Positions 19,806-31,184 are shown, numbered from the stretch's first letter. The stretch: 64,000 bases of DNA from an uncultured delta proteobacterium (GCA_963845145.1 CAWJQU010000001.1:352088-416087), one strand, 5' to 3'. Numbers and translations: made by a program. Notes: generated by a model not told the origin, from the sequence alone.

Positions 19806-20014
19806 TTCAAGTTAATAGTTCAAGGATCCAATGCGGCTAACGACCGGACAAATGTGCCCTCAAATATGCAGCTGATCCGGATTGAGACGCCTCGTCAACT
19901 ATTGACACATCCCCGGCAACCTGCCATATTGCCGAATCAAGGGTTTTTAATTTTAAATCAATCACGCGGTAATCACCTTCTCCCCTTAACCCGGATTCCC
20001 GACCGAGATCGCCT

Positions 20015-21064
20015 ATGGACATGAAAAGGCATTACTACGAAGACATTCAACTTTTCAACTCCGGTGTGATTGTCTTCTGGTTTACTCTCCTCATGATTAC
20101 CCTGGCCGTATTTCCGTTTCTTTTTAAAAACTACTACGTCTACATCGCCAACTATATCGCCATCAATATCATCGTGGTGATCGGGTTAAATATACTGGTA
20201 GGGTACACCGGTCTGATTTCACTGGGGCATGCCGGGTTTTTCGCTATCGGCGCCTACGGTACAATTGTTTTTATGACCCAATGGTCGTTTCCATTTCTGT
20301 TGGCATTGCCCCTGGCAGCCCTGGTCGCGGCCCTTTTCGGGTTTCTATTAGGACTTCCCGCACTGCGATTGGAAGGACCCTATCTGACCATCGCGACATT
20401 GGGTTTCGGGCTGACCATCACCCAACTCATCGGTCGGATCGAGTTATTCGGGGGCCGACAAGGCCTTCATGCACCGGATCTGATGATTGGGTCCTGGCAT
20501 CTCAAATCCGACAGGGATTTTTATTATCTTTTGATACCACTGACGGTGTTGCTGACCCTTGCAGCAAGAAACCTGACCAAAACAAAGGTTGGCAGGGCAT
20601 TTATCGCCATTCGGGATGCGGATATCGCTGCCGAGACCATGGGCATCAATCTCGTATTGTACAAAACGCTCGCTTTTGCCATCAGTGCGTTTTATGCGGG
20701 CCTTGCCGGTGGTCTTTACGCATTCGTTCTACGCTTTATCGAGCCGGAGATATTCACGTTGCTGATGTCGATCATGTTTTTAGCCATGGTCGTCGTGGGG
20801 GGGTTGGGATCGATCATGGGTTGCATTGTCGGTGCCTGCCTGCTGAGCTGGATGGATCTGCAGCTTCGTAACATTCTGAGTATACCTTATATCGGTGAAT
20901 GGCTGGAAGCACTTTCAAAAAACTATTTTTCCATAACGGGTGTTTCTAACATCCAGTTTATTATATTCGGTGCGATCATGGTCCTGATCATGCTGTTCGA
21001 GCCGCTTGGGATTTACGGCCTGTGGATCCGCACTAAAATCTATTGGAAGACGTGGCCGTTTTAA
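20015..21064 (+). CDS. Branched-chain amino acid-type ABC permease (LivM-like)
   Basis: GYTGLISLGHAGFFAIGAY, GRAFIAIRD..AAETMGI, VVGGLGS. Confidence 0.92.
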   Translation: MDMKRHYYEDIQLFNSGVIVFWFTLLMITLAVFPFLFKNYYVYIANYIAINIIVVIGLNILVGYTGLISLGHAGFFAIGAYGTIVFMTQWSFPFLLALPLAALVAALFGFLLGLPALRLEGPYLTIATLGFGLTITQLIGRIELFGGRQGLHAPDLMIGSWHLKSDRDFYYLLIPLTVLLTLAARNLTKTKVGRAFIAIRDADIAAETMGINLVLYKTLAFAISAFYAGLAGGLYAFVLRFIEPEIFTLLMSIMFLAMVVVGGLGSIMGCIVGACLLSWMDLQLRNILSIPYIGEWLEALSKNYFSITGVSNIQFIIFGAIMVLIMLFEPLGIYGLWIRTKIYWKTWPF

Positions 21065-21157
21065 AAAAGTGTCAGGGTGAAGACTTGGGTTGGTAGAAAA
21101 TATGGCTGGGTAGGAAATAAACGATAGAACTGCTTTGAAGTTTTGTGAGTAAACTTT

Positions 21158-22033
21158 ATGTTGGATTTTATCCAGATGGTGGTCAGTGGCATTGCCGTGG
21201 GCAGCTCCTATGCATTGATGGGGATGGCCATGGTGATCATCTACAAAACAACGGAAGTTCCCAATTTCGCTCAGGGTGAAATGGCCCTGGTCACGACCTT
21301 TTTTACCTATTGGTTGCTGGAGAATTTCGGCCTGCCGCATTATGTCGCGTTCCCCGTGACGTTTATTTTTGCTTTACTTTTAGGGTCTCTTCTCGAATTT
21401 GCCGTACTCAGACGGGCCAAAGAACCCAACGTACTAGGGCTTATCACCATTACCATTGGACTGGAAATGATCCTTTTGGGGTTGGTGTCCTGGAAATTCG
21501 GTGCCGATCCAAAAGCCATGCCGTTTCCCATTTCGCCCTATGACAGTGTCTCCTTTGGAGATGTTTTTATCAGTTCGCTTGAATTGCTCACTTTAGGCGT
21601 CGCCCTGTTTCTGATGATCGTCCTTTTCCTGTTTTTCAGGTTTTCCAAGCTTGGCATGGCCATGAAAGCCACCCAGCAAAATGTTGTGGCCGCACGTCTC
21701 ATGGGCATCCATACCAACCGCATGCACATGATGACATGGGGGATTTCCTCACTGGTGGGATGTACGGCCGGCCTGCTCATTTCGCCGGTCACCATGCAGC
21801 CCTATATGATGTGGGACCCATTACTAAAGGGTTTTGCGGCCGCTGTTATGGGCGGGATGACTTCCCTGCCCGGAGCGGTTTTCGGCGCTTACATACTGGG
21901 CATCATCGAGAACCTGTTCGGGGGGTATGTTTCCATAGAGTTTAAATCGGTCGTCGCTTTTTCAATTATTGTTATGGTTCTTTGCGTTAAACCAAGTGGA
22001 CTTTTCGCAAGGCATTACGTCAAAAAGGTGTGA
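21158..22033 (+). CDS. Branched-chain amino acid-type ABC permease (LivH-like)
   Basis: NFAQGEM, GMAMKATQQN..AARLMGI, KPSGLF. Confidence 0.92.
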   Translation: MLDFIQMVVSGIAVGSSYALMGMAMVIIYKTTEVPNFAQGEMALVTTFFTYWLLENFGLPHYVAFPVTFIFALLLGSLLEFAVLRRAKEPNVLGLITITIGLEMILLGLVSWKFGADPKAMPFPISPYDSVSFGDVFISSLELLTLGVALFLMIVLFLFFRFSKLGMAMKATQQNVVAARLMGIHTNRMHMMTWGISSLVGCTAGLLISPVTMQPYMMWDPLLKGFAAAVMGGMTSLPGAVFGAYILGIIENLFGGYVSIEFKSVVAFSIIVMVLCVKPSGLFARHYVKKV

Positions 22034-22073
22034 CTTGAAGCCTGCATCATACCTAACAGAAAGGAGGTTGTGT

Positions 22074-23264
22074 ATGCAAAAGAGACAATGGTGGGCGGTA
22101 TTGGCGGCAGTGGCAATGGTTCTGGGATTTACACTCGGCGCGGGGGCGGAAGAAGGGATTACCGATACGGAAATTCACATTGGCCAGTGGGGACCGCAAA
22201 CCGGGCCGGCGGCGCCCTGGGGTTCCGTAGCACGCGGATCGGATGCCTATTTCAAGATGATCAACGACGCCGGAGGAATTCACGGCCGCAAGATTGTTTA
22301 CCATATGTTTGATGACGGCTACAACCCCGCCAAAACAATGGCAGGCGTGAAAGAGCTACAGGAAGGTGTGGGTATATTCGCATGGGCTTCGGGTGTGGGC
22401 ACCGCACCGGGTATGGCGGTCAGGGAATATCTCATGGAGAAAAAGATCCCCTGGGTAGGGGCAGCGTCTGGCTCACATCACTGGGTCATGCCGCCTGAAA
22501 AATACCAGTTTGCGACCTATCCGCTCTATTACAATGAGGCGATGGCGCTAACCCGGTACGCGGTAAAAACCCTGGGCAGTAAAAAAATTGCCATGGCCTA
22601 CCAGAATGACGGATATGGGAAAAACGGCGTTGAAGGCGCGGAAAACGAGTTGAAAAAACACGGGTTAGAACTGGTTGCCAAAGTTCCCGTGGAGCTTAAA
22701 GATACCGACATGAAATCCCATGTCATGAAAATGAAACAGGCCGGCGCAGACACGGTCCTTTTGTGGGTTAGTCCCACCCACGGAATCACCATAATGGGAA
22801 CTTCCAAAGCCATGAAATTCGAGCCCCAGTGGATGAGCGTCAGCACATTGTCCGACTTTCCACTGCTGTACAAAATCAGCAAGGGGTTGTGGGAGGGTGT
22901 CATCACAGGGTCATTTGCCGAGCTTCCCGATTCCAAAAATCCGTTGATGATAAAGTATAAAGAGGCTTTTGATAAATATGCCGCCAAAGAGGAAAGATGG
23001 GGGATATTTTACTACGCAGGCTTTGGCTTTATCGAGACAATGGTGGAGGCCTTGGAGCGAAGCGGCCGTGACTTGACCAGAGAGCGATTTGTTAAAGAGA
23101 TGGAAGGAATTAAGGATTTCAAAGGTATTATGGGTACGCTCAATTTTAAACCATTTGACCCGAATGACCCCGCCAGTCGGCTCGGAACCAACGAGATTTT
23201 TCTGATCAAGTGCCTGGCGGACGGTAAATATGAAAAGCTGACGGATTGGATGACGGTAGAATAA
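22074..23264 (+). CDS. ABC substrate-binding protein (LivJ/K-like)
   Basis: ATG 22074 after AGGAGG; signal peptide; PQTGPAA, INDAGGIHGRKI, DDGYNP. Confidence 0.92.
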   Translation: MQKRQWWAVLAAVAMVLGFTLGAGAEEGITDTEIHIGQWGPQTGPAAPWGSVARGSDAYFKMINDAGGIHGRKIVYHMFDDGYNPAKTMAGVKELQEGVGIFAWASGVGTAPGMAVREYLMEKKIPWVGAASGSHHWVMPPEKYQFATYPLYYNEAMALTRYAVKTLGSKKIAMAYQNDGYGKNGVEGAENELKKHGLELVAKVPVELKDTDMKSHVMKMKQAGADTVLLWVSPTHGITIMGTSKAMKFEPQWMSVSTLSDFPLLYKISKGLWEGVITGSFAELPDSKNPLMIKYKEAFDKYAAKEERWGIFYYAGFGFIETMVEALERSGRDLTRERFVKEMEGIKDFKGIMGTLNFKPFDPNDPASRLGTNEIFLIKCLADGKYEKLTDWMTVE

Positions 23265-23336
23265 CCCATACCTATAATAATTAAATTTGCAGCCCCGCTC
23301 TTTAAGAGCGGGGCCCTTCATGTGAAAAGATCGCTA

Positions 23337-24122
23337 ATGGCCTTTTTTAAAGTTGAAAACCTTTGCATTTCCTTTGGCGGCTTAAAAGCGCTGGATGACA
23401 TCGGCTTTCAGATTCAACAGGGGGAAATATTCGCTATCATCGGTCCCAATGGTGCCGGCAAAACCACCCTGTTCAACTGTATCAATGGCATCTATCGCCC
23501 TAATAGCGGTCAAATCTGGTTCAAGGGTAAAAATATCCGCGGCCGAAAACCGGATCGCATTGCACGGCTGGGAATTGCACGGACATTTCAGAACATCGAG
23601 TTGTTCGATAATATGAATGCCATGGAAAATATTCTCCTGGGGCGTCATCTGTTTATGAAAACCGGACTTTTCCATGGCGCATTTATGTGGGGTCGGCGTT
23701 CTTTTGCCGGAAAAGAGGAAAGGCATCATCGGGAAAAAGTGGAAGAGATCATTGACCTTTTAGATCTACAGGCCGTTAGAAATAAGCGTGTGGGTGCGCT
23801 CCCTTACGGCACACAGAAGCGGATAGAGTTGGGCCGGGCGTTGGCGCTGGAACCTAAGCTGCTTCTTTTGGATGAACCCTGCGCCGGCATGAATGCCGAG
23901 GAGAAGCAGGACCTCATTTTCTGGTTAAAAGATATTCAGGATGAGCTGGGTGTAACCACCTTGTTGATAGAGCATGACATGTCCATGGTGATGGACATTT
24001 CCGACCGCATTCTAGTCATTAATTTTGGTAAACCCATTACCCAAGGCACACCGATCGAAGTCCAGAATCACCCTGAGGTTTTAAAAGCCTACCTGGGAGA
24101 AGAGATCGAAGAAACGGCTTGA
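23337..24122 (+). CDS. ABC ATP-binding protein (LivG-like)
   Basis: GPNGAGKTT, ARTFQN, LPYG..LLLLDEP, IEHDM. Confidence 0.93.
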   Translation: MAFFKVENLCISFGGLKALDDIGFQIQQGEIFAIIGPNGAGKTTLFNCINGIYRPNSGQIWFKGKNIRGRKPDRIARLGIARTFQNIELFDNMNAMENILLGRHLFMKTGLFHGAFMWGRRSFAGKEERHHREKVEEIIDLLDLQAVRNKRVGALPYGTQKRIELGRALALEPKLLLLDEPCAGMNAEEKQDLIFWLKDIQDELGVTTLLIEHDMSMVMDISDRILVINFGKPITQGTPIEVQNHPEVLKAYLGEEIEETA

Positions 24123-24164
24123 ACCGGGTGTATTATCCTTCTCATGAGCCAAATGGTTGAATAA

Positions 24165-24941
24165 GTGAAACCGCTTCTCGAAATTAAAAATATTGAAACC
24201 TATTATGGCCTAATTTACGCCATTCGGGGTGTCTCGCTAATCGTACCCAAGGGCTCCATTACGGCCATTCTAGGCAATAATGGTGCAGGTAAATCCACAA
24301 TTTTAAAAACAATCATGGGCCTGATAGACGACCAGCCGGACAAGGGAACCATCGACTTTAAGGGAAAACGCATCGATGGCAATGATACCGAGAAAATTGT
24401 CCGTGCCGGTATTTCCTACGTGCCTGAAGGGCGTGAAGTATTTGAAGAGCTGACAGTCAAGGAAAACCTTGCCATGGGCGCTTATATTAGAAGCGATAAA
24501 AGCGCCATTGAAAAAGATCGACAACAGGTTTACGCCTACTTTCCGGTACTAAAAGAGCGGGAAGGTCAGTGGGCCGGAACACTTTCTGGAGGCGAACAAC
24601 AGATGTTGGCCATTGGCCGCGCACTGATGAGTCGCCCGCAGTTATTGCTTCTGGATGAGCCATCCCTGGGGTTATCTCCCCTACTCGTAAAAGAGATTTT
24701 CAAGATCATTCAAACCATCAAAGCCCAAGGGGTGACCATTTTATTGGTAGAACAAAATGCACGCATGGCATTGACGGTATCCGACACGGGGCTGATCCTT
24801 GAAAATGGCCGCTTTGTCATGAAAGGTAAATCCAAAGAACTAATGGAGGACAAAGACGTCAAGGAGTTTTACATGGGTATCCGCTCCGAAGCATCCGCCA
24901 AAGGCTATCAACGCTGGAAAAGGAAAAAGGCATGGCGGTGA
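24165..24941 (+). CDS. ABC ATP-binding protein (LivF-like)
   Basis: GNNGAGKST, LSGGEQQM, LLLDEPSLGL, VEQN. Confidence 0.93.
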   Translation: MKPLLEIKNIETYYGLIYAIRGVSLIVPKGSITAILGNNGAGKSTILKTIMGLIDDQPDKGTIDFKGKRIDGNDTEKIVRAGISYVPEGREVFEELTVKENLAMGAYIRSDKSAIEKDRQQVYAYFPVLKEREGQWAGTLSGGEQQMLAIGRALMSRPQLLLLDEPSLGLSPLLVKEIFKIIQTIKAQGVTILLVEQNARMALTVSDTGLILENGRFVMKGKSKELMEDKDVKEFYMGIRSEASAKGYQRWKRKKAWR

Positions 24942-25028
24942 AACCGTCTGCCTGTTAGCCGGTTAGGGCGTGGCGGACAAATGGGAAAACAGGCAATCGG
25001 GCGAACGGGTAAACGGGCGAACGAACTT

Positions 25029-26843
25029 ATGGCATCATCGAATAACAAATATCTGGAAACCGTCCCTCAAGCTTTTAAAAGAGCTGTGGCTACCCATGGT
25101 GACCGCGTGGCCATGCGGCATAAAGAGCTGGGATTGTGGCATGACATCTCATGGATGCATTACTATCACCGCGTCCGGCAGGTGAGTGCGGCCCTGATTT
25201 CCATGGGTTTGAAAAAAGGTGAATGCGTTTCCATTATCGGGGACAACTGCCCGGAGTGGATCTTTGCCAGTATGGGTGTCCAATGTATAGGCGGTGTCGC
25301 CACCGGCATCTACGTCACCAACGCCTGGCCCCAGGTGGAATATGTGGTTAAAAATTCCGATTCGGTTTTTTTATTCGTTGAAAATGAAGAACAGCTCGAT
25401 AAATGGCTGAGGTTTCGCGAAAAAGTACCCGCTCTGAAAAAGGTGATCGTTTGGGATACGGAAGGTTTGCGCAATTTCAAAGATCCGATGGTAATGACGT
25501 TTAAAGAACTCATTGAAATCGGTCAGAAAGTGGATGAAAACCAACCGGAACTTTTCGATACGTACTCGATAGAAATCCTCGGCGATGATATCGCGGTTCT
25601 CATCTACACCTCCGGCACGACCGGCCAACCCAAAGGCGCCATGCTCACCCACGATAATTGTGCCTGGATGGGTAAAGCCATCACGTCAAACAACCCCATG
25701 TATGACACGGATGAAGTCATGTCTTTTCTTCCGCTGTGTCATATCTTCGAACAACTATTTTCAATCCTTGGCCATATTACCGTGGGTTACACGGTCAATT
25801 TTGTGGAAGGTCTCGATACCGTTACCGACAATATGAAAGAGATCTCACCCACCGTCGGCCATGCCGTTCCGCGAATATGGGAAAAGTATTACTCGGCCGT
25901 GCGTATCCGAATGTCCGACGCCACCTGGTTCAAACGATTGGTGTTCAACCTGGCTTACAAAATCGGCAAGAAGCGAGCCGCTTTTACCATGAATTCCCGA
26001 ACGGTTCCGGAATATTGGCAGCTATTGTTTTCTCTGGCCCATCTATTGGTCTTGCGCAAACTCAAAGAGCGATTGGGTTTCGACCGCATTCGCGTAGCCT
26101 ATTCGGGTGCCGCGCCCATTGCACCGGATGTGTTGCGTTTTTTTCAATCCATCGGGGTAAACCTGATTGAAGGCTATGGCCAAACCGAGGGCACAGGTGT
26201 CACCTGCTTGTCGCCTGTGGGCCGGGTCAAATTCGGAACGGTCGGGCCTGCCCTGAAAGGAGCGGAAATAAAGATTGCCCAGGACGGCGAAATCCTCGTT
26301 AAATCGCCCGGCGTCTTTAAAGGATATTTTAAGAACCCTGATGCAACTAAAGAAACCATTATAAACGGTTGGCTTCATACAGGAGATGTCGGCAAGATCG
26401 ACGATGAAGGATATTTGCAAATCACCGACCGCAAAAAGGATATCATTGTCACCGCCGGCGGCAAGAACATCACGCCCCAATATATCGAAAATAAACTAAA
26501 GGCCAGCATCTATATCAATGACGCCATTGTAATCGGGGATCGTCGCAAGTACTTATCAGCGCTTATCATGATCGATGAAGATAACGTCATCAAATATGCC
26601 CAGGATAACAAGGTCCAGTTCTCCACTTATAAGGATTTAACCCGGGAACCCCGGATCATCAAACTAATCCAAGATCAGGTGAATCAAGTCAACGAAACCC
26701 TGGCACGGGTGGAAAATATTCGCAAATTCACCATCCTCCCCAAAAAACTCTACGAAGAAGACGGCGAGGTGACCCCCACCATGAAAGTTAAACGCCAGAT
26801 TGTGAACAAAGCTTTTTCCGATTTAATAGAAGCAATGTACTAA
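25029..26843 (+). CDS. Long-chain acyl-CoA synthetase (AMP-binding)
   Basis: YTSGTTGQPKG, EGYGQTE, WLHTGD, TPTMKVKR; start 25029 or 24981. Confidence 0.93.
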   Translation: MASSNNKYLETVPQAFKRAVATHGDRVAMRHKELGLWHDISWMHYYHRVRQVSAALISMGLKKGECVSIIGDNCPEWIFASMGVQCIGGVATGIYVTNAWPQVEYVVKNSDSVFLFVENEEQLDKWLRFREKVPALKKVIVWDTEGLRNFKDPMVMTFKELIEIGQKVDENQPELFDTYSIEILGDDIAVLIYTSGTTGQPKGAMLTHDNCAWMGKAITSNNPMYDTDEVMSFLPLCHIFEQLFSILGHITVGYTVNFVEGLDTVTDNMKEISPTVGHAVPRIWEKYYSAVRIRMSDATWFKRLVFNLAYKIGKKRAAFTMNSRTVPEYWQLLFSLAHLLVLRKLKERLGFDRIRVAYSGAAPIAPDVLRFFQSIGVNLIEGYGQTEGTGVTCLSPVGRVKFGTVGPALKGAEIKIAQDGEILVKSPGVFKGYFKNPDATKETIINGWLHTGDVGKIDDEGYLQITDRKKDIIVTAGGKNITPQYIENKLKASIYINDAIVIGDRRKYLSALIMIDEDNVIKYAQDNKVQFSTYKDLTREPRIIKLIQDQVNQVNETLARVENIRKFTILPKKLYEEDGEVTPTMKVKRQIVNKAFSDLIEAMY

Positions 26844-26944
26844 GGCTCTCGCTAGTTTTATCTCCGGCCTGAAAAACTTCTCTGGTATTTCTCAATACTG
26901 ACACAGTGATACAGTCCAAAAAATAACTCCCCACGATTTTTTTG

Positions 26945-28627
26945 TTACTCGAGCAACCAGGACTCGTGGTTGTAGATGCTTAACAGGACCGGATGGAGAA
27001 TGGTGTTTACCTGTCGGTTCTTGGTTTTCAAAGCGTCTTTGCCGAAGACAAGTTCACTTCTGAAAACCTGGGGCGTAATGAATTTTGTCATAACGTCGAT
27101 ATTCAGATGACTTATCCTTTCCATTATTTTTTCTTTTTTGACATTGGGGTGCCATGCCAGGTACCACCCCCAATCCCCGAAACTGGGTACATTCTCATGA
27201 AATGCCAGGATTTCCAAGGAAGCGCTTTCAAGGGTTCTTCCGATACAAAGAAAACTTTCCTTTGCAAGATAGGGAGATGTCGCCTGGACCACCATCAACC
27301 CATGTTGTGATAGATGCTGCTTTACTTTTTTATAAAATTCTTTGGCATAAAGCTTGGTCAGCTCAGGCGTGGATGGATCCGGCATATCAATAATGATGAC
27401 GTCCCAGAAACCCTGTATTTCACTTAAAAACTTATCCGCATCAACATTCATCACTTTTACATCAGCAATTTTTTTTGCATCTACTTTTATAATCGAATGG
27501 CTTTTTTTGTTAGTTTCAAGATATAGCCTTTTTTTGATTCCTGAAGTGACCCCTTTACCTGTCAGGGTAACAAGACGGGCATCTTTAAATGCATCCTGGT
27601 TAATCCGCTTCAAAACAGGATGCGTTTCGGCAAGCGTTGTCATTTCTGGATCAAGGTCCACGAGTAGCACTTCTTTTACTTCGTTATATTTTAAAACCTC
27701 TCTTAAGACGCAGCCATCTCCACCACCAAGAATGAGTACCTTTGTTTTGACTGGAACAAGATTCATAACAGGGTGTACCATGGGTTCATGGTAGCGTTGT
27801 TCATCTGTACTGCAAAATTGAAGGTTCCCGTTTAAAAAAAGCCTGACTTCGTCAAAGGGTTTGTAATGGGTAAGGACGATATGCTGATACTGAGTGGTTT
27901 TGCTTAAAATAATGGGGTCATCGTACAGAGGTTGCTCAATTTTAATATTCCATTGGCGGTTATTGAAATATCCATACGATACAGCACTAAAAGTGATGAG
28001 CATGATGGCAGGGATCAAAAAACCTTTTTTTAACAGACCTTTTTTTGTAAAATAGACAAAGGTGATAAAGGCCAGGGAAAAATTGACCCCGGCGGTCAAA
28101 AAGGCTGCCTCTGTGATGGGCGTAAATCTTAAGAGGATAAATACATAGATGAAGGACCCGATCAGACTGCCAATATAATCAGCGCTGAGAATGTTCCCAA
28201 GGTTGGTGGATAATTCTTTGCTGAAATCATTGTTGATTCTTATTATCACAGGGATTTCAAGTCCAATCATGATCCCGATGAAACTGACGAAAAAATAAAG
28301 GACTAGGCTGTAATGAGCGGTATAACCATAGGATATATACGTCAGGGTAGGGGAAAAGCCTCCTACCAGCGCTAAACCGGTTTCAATACCGATAAATGTG
28401 TAAATGAGATTTTTTTTTGAGACCTGTGCCTGGATTAAGCTGCCAAACCCCATCCAGAAGAGCATGAGGCCGATGACCATCGCCCATTGTTCAAAGGAAT
28501 TGCCGAGTATCATGGAGGCGAGGCTTGCCTGGATATATTCAAGGATAATACCGCAAGCACCGCTTGCAAACATGCAGCCGCAAAGCAGTGCGGATGCAAA
28601 ACCAAGCTTAGGTTTTTTTTTAATCAT
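26945..28627 (-). CDS. speE: Membrane-fused polyamine aminopropyltransferase (spermidine synthase)
   Basis: About seven N-terminal TM helices; LNGNLQF..DEQRYHE, LILGGGDG, VDLDP, DMPDP, NVPSFGDWG. Confidence 0.9.
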   Translation of the reverse strand: MIKKKPKLGFASALLCGCMFASGACGIILEYIQASLASMILGNSFEQWAMVIGLMLFWMGFGSLIQAQVSKKNLIYTFIGIETGLALVGGFSPTLTYISYGYTAHYSLVLYFFVSFIGIMIGLEIPVIIRINNDFSKELSTNLGNILSADYIGSLIGSFIYVFILLRFTPITEAAFLTAGVNFSLAFITFVYFTKKGLLKKGFLIPAIMLITFSAVSYGYFNNRQWNIKIEQPLYDDPIILSKTTQYQHIVLTHYKPFDEVRLFLNGNLQFCSTDEQRYHEPMVHPVMNLVPVKTKVLILGGGDGCVLREVLKYNEVKEVLLVDLDPEMTTLAETHPVLKRINQDAFKDARLVTLTGKGVTSGIKKRLYLETNKKSHSIIKVDAKKIADVKVMNVDADKFLSEIQGFWDVIIIDMPDPSTPELTKLYAKEFYKKVKQHLSQHGLMVVQATSPYLAKESFLCIGRTLESASLEILAFHENVPSFGDWGWYLAWHPNVKKEKIMERISHLNIDVMTKFITPQVFRSELVFGKDALKTKNRQVNTILHPVLLSIYNHESWLLE

Positions 28628-28635
28628 CTTTCTTT

Positions 28636-29526
28636 TTACATGGAGAAGGCTATGATAATCGCAACCGCATTAATAGCGCTCTCTACAACAATTAAGGCCG
28701 CCACATTCCGATCTTCTTTGACCTCCGTGGCAATATCGGTCGTGGGCAACAGCAGTTTGTCAACCACTACTCTGAAGATCAACAGTAAAACAATGCCATA
28801 CACTGTATAAATGCCAAAACTTGCAAGATCCTGGGCCCACCCTGTGAACGGTCCTGAAATACTTGATTTGAGAATAATGCCCAAGGCGATAAGGATGCCG
28901 CCAAGTCCGACGCCGGCGGCGAGGTTATTGTTTTTAATCTCGTTTCTCACATTAAAAGGGGTAATCAGCTCATAAAGGTATCCGAAAAGCAACAAGGCCA
29001 TTTGACCCATGATAAAAAAAAGAATCGCACTGGCAATGCCCTGGATGAATGTTCCCCCGGTTCCTGAAATGCTGCCGTTAAGAATAAATCCCGTGGCAAT
29101 ATACATACCTGCTTCAACCATACCCACCGCCGAATTTCCAACAGATTTACTTCCATCCTGATGGATAATTGTTTTGACACACTCTTCATCGTTACTGATA
29201 TTTCCCAGCATGATAAAATCATTGACAAACCTGGATGAAAACATAAATCCCGTGATGATAAAGCCATCAATCAGCAATTGGACCAGATCGAGATAAAAAC
29301 CTTTTGAAGATTCGCCCAGAGCACCTGATAATGCAATGGCAATCCCAAGATAGAGCCCTGCCCTTCTGAGGCCGACAGCAACATTCCCGTCATCAATATG
29401 AACATCATCATCAAACGATTTGGTCCGCCAGTCATCTACTTTTTTCACCAGCCATATAAAAAAAATACCCACAATGACATATATGAATCCTTGGCCAAGC
29501 CCTGTGAAAGTTCCAGCTATATTCAT
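28636..29526 (-). CDS. Tandem DUF350 membrane protein
   Basis: Repeated GNVAVG / GNSAVG / NNLAAG / RNVAA helical-hairpin motifs. Confidence 0.85.
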   Translation of the reverse strand: MNIAGTFTGLGQGFIYVIVGIFFIWLVKKVDDWRTKSFDDDVHIDDGNVAVGLRRAGLYLGIAIALSGALGESSKGFYLDLVQLLIDGFIITGFMFSSRFVNDFIMLGNISNDEECVKTIIHQDGSKSVGNSAVGMVEAGMYIATGFILNGSISGTGGTFIQGIASAILFFIMGQMALLLFGYLYELITPFNVRNEIKNNNLAAGVGLGGILIALGIILKSSISGPFTGWAQDLASFGIYTVYGIVLLLIFRVVVDKLLLPTTDIATEVKEDRNVAALIVVESAINAVAIIIAFSM

Positions 29527-29547
29527 TCTTTTCTCCTTAGAATTACT

Positions 29548-31182
29548 CTATTTACCCTTACTTTTCGGCCCACCGCCACGAAGGTTGGCACCAGCGCCCC
29601 TGACCGATGCTGTCTGGGATTTGAAACCGCCGCTTTTTGCAAAATTGGTGTTTTGAAATTTTGGCGATTGTTTCACGAAGGTACCGGAAGTTCCATACTT
29701 CGGAAATCCGTTTTGGGTTTTGCCAAAATAGGGTCGGTTATTCCGGTAATTATTGTTCCAGCCATTCCAGGAATTATATCCAAAATAGGATGGCCGAGAA
29801 TTGAAGAACATCGAAAATAATGCATATTTTCCGTACCAGGACCAGAACTGGTTTCCTGTATTATCTTTTTTCCACTCTCCATATTTTGAATTGCCCACAT
29901 AGGCCATACCCGGTGGCGCCGCCTGGACCAGACGATCTTGCTCAAACACACCATACGGCTTGGCCAGGATGGCCATCCCTAAATATTCAAAATTGGCATC
30001 ATAAAAGCCGGCATCCACCAGCTCCCAATCGGTCTCCCTGGTTTCACCGTTTTCTTCGAGCATATATTTATGGAAATAGGCCTCCTTTGAATCTTCCACC
30101 CAGAAAGAAGCGGCATTGTGACCTCTTCCCGGCCATTGTTCAGAGGGGTTAATGGATAATTCTTTCCACTTGTTACCGATATTGCTTGAAAATTTTGATC
30201 CTCTAAATCCAGCCTTAATTGCGGCAATTATATCTATATTGTCCGCGCTTAACGCCTCATACAACTCAGGGCTGACCTCTCGCTGAAAAGTAACCATCCT
30301 TGGATCGTAATAATCAGAGTTTTCGTTCCAGGACTCCCTTTTTATGGTCACATAATATTCCTCTTTCATGTCCTTAAGAATCTTGGTGTAACTGGAATAG
30401 AGTTGGGCCATTTCTTTGGTGAATTTTGTTTCAAGGGTTTTGGCCTGTTCAAGGCCTGAAGTCAGCGCTTCGGTACTGTCCGTAAAAGCCGCATAGTCTG
30501 CAGTCGATCCTGCGGTATGTCTTTGATATTCAGCTGTCACAACATCTAGATGATTCAAGGATTGTCCTTCAAGTTGTGACAATGGTGCAAACCGAGTGTT
30601 GATTTTTTCGGTTAAATCCGGAAAGTCAGCCAGGGCTTTTTCCATGGGTCCGGTTTTGATTTCATTTACAATCCGGCGGATCTGTTTGAGGTTATCCTTT
30701 GACCGGGAATTTAAACTGTCGGCAGTTTGAATGGCCTTCTTGATTTTTGAAAATCTTGAGAACGGATATCGGGATAACGCCTCCGCATCTTGGATAACCT
30801 TTTTGAGCCTGGTAATCTGTTGTTTGACCTGGGGGGCAAGTTCGGGTTTATTTTTGCTGATCAGGGGTTTTAAGTCGTTGCCATACAGTTCCTTTGCCCG
30901 TGAAAGTTCGGTATGGGCAAGTTGAAATTTTTGATTCCAGTTTTCTTTTAGGGCAAATGGCTCAACATCCTTAAATTCAGATGATTTTGTAAGGCTTTTG
31001 TATTTTTCCTTATGCTTATCTACCTGGGATTTGCCTGTTTTAATGGCGTTGGGTATGGCCTTTGCTTCATTTCTCATCTCTTTGGGAAGCCCACCACCAC
31101 AATTTGACAGTATGACAACCAGGCCTGCAATGGTCAATCCTGCGATGAAGTTCATAAAGAGATGTTTTCTTTTATGAACCAT
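29548..31182 (-). CDS. Large coiled-coil lipoprotein with Gly/aromatic-rich tail
   Basis: Lipobox-like LSNC; helical N-half; PPGMAYVGNSKYGEW..FWSWYGKY; ends SVRGAGANLRGGGPKSKGK. Confidence 0.75.
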   Translation of the reverse strand: MVHKRKHLFMNFIAGLTIAGLVVILSNCGGGLPKEMRNEAKAIPNAIKTGKSQVDKHKEKYKSLTKSSEFKDVEPFALKENWNQKFQLAHTELSRAKELYGNDLKPLISKNKPELAPQVKQQITRLKKVIQDAEALSRYPFSRFSKIKKAIQTADSLNSRSKDNLKQIRRIVNEIKTGPMEKALADFPDLTEKINTRFAPLSQLEGQSLNHLDVVTAEYQRHTAGSTADYAAFTDSTEALTSGLEQAKTLETKFTKEMAQLYSSYTKILKDMKEEYYVTIKRESWNENSDYYDPRMVTFQREVSPELYEALSADNIDIIAAIKAGFRGSKFSSNIGNKWKELSINPSEQWPGRGHNAASFWVEDSKEAYFHKYMLEENGETRETDWELVDAGFYDANFEYLGMAILAKPYGVFEQDRLVQAAPPGMAYVGNSKYGEWKKDNTGNQFWSWYGKYALFSMFFNSRPSYFGYNSWNGWNNNYRNNRPYFGKTQNGFPKYGTSGTFVKQSPKFQNTNFAKSGGFKSQTASVRGAGANLRGGGPKSKGK

Positions 31183-31184
31183 CC

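Noticed and set aside
20015..26843. Liv-type transporter with acyl-CoA ligase as a novelty
   Set aside because: A common arrangement for fatty or aromatic acid uptake and activation.
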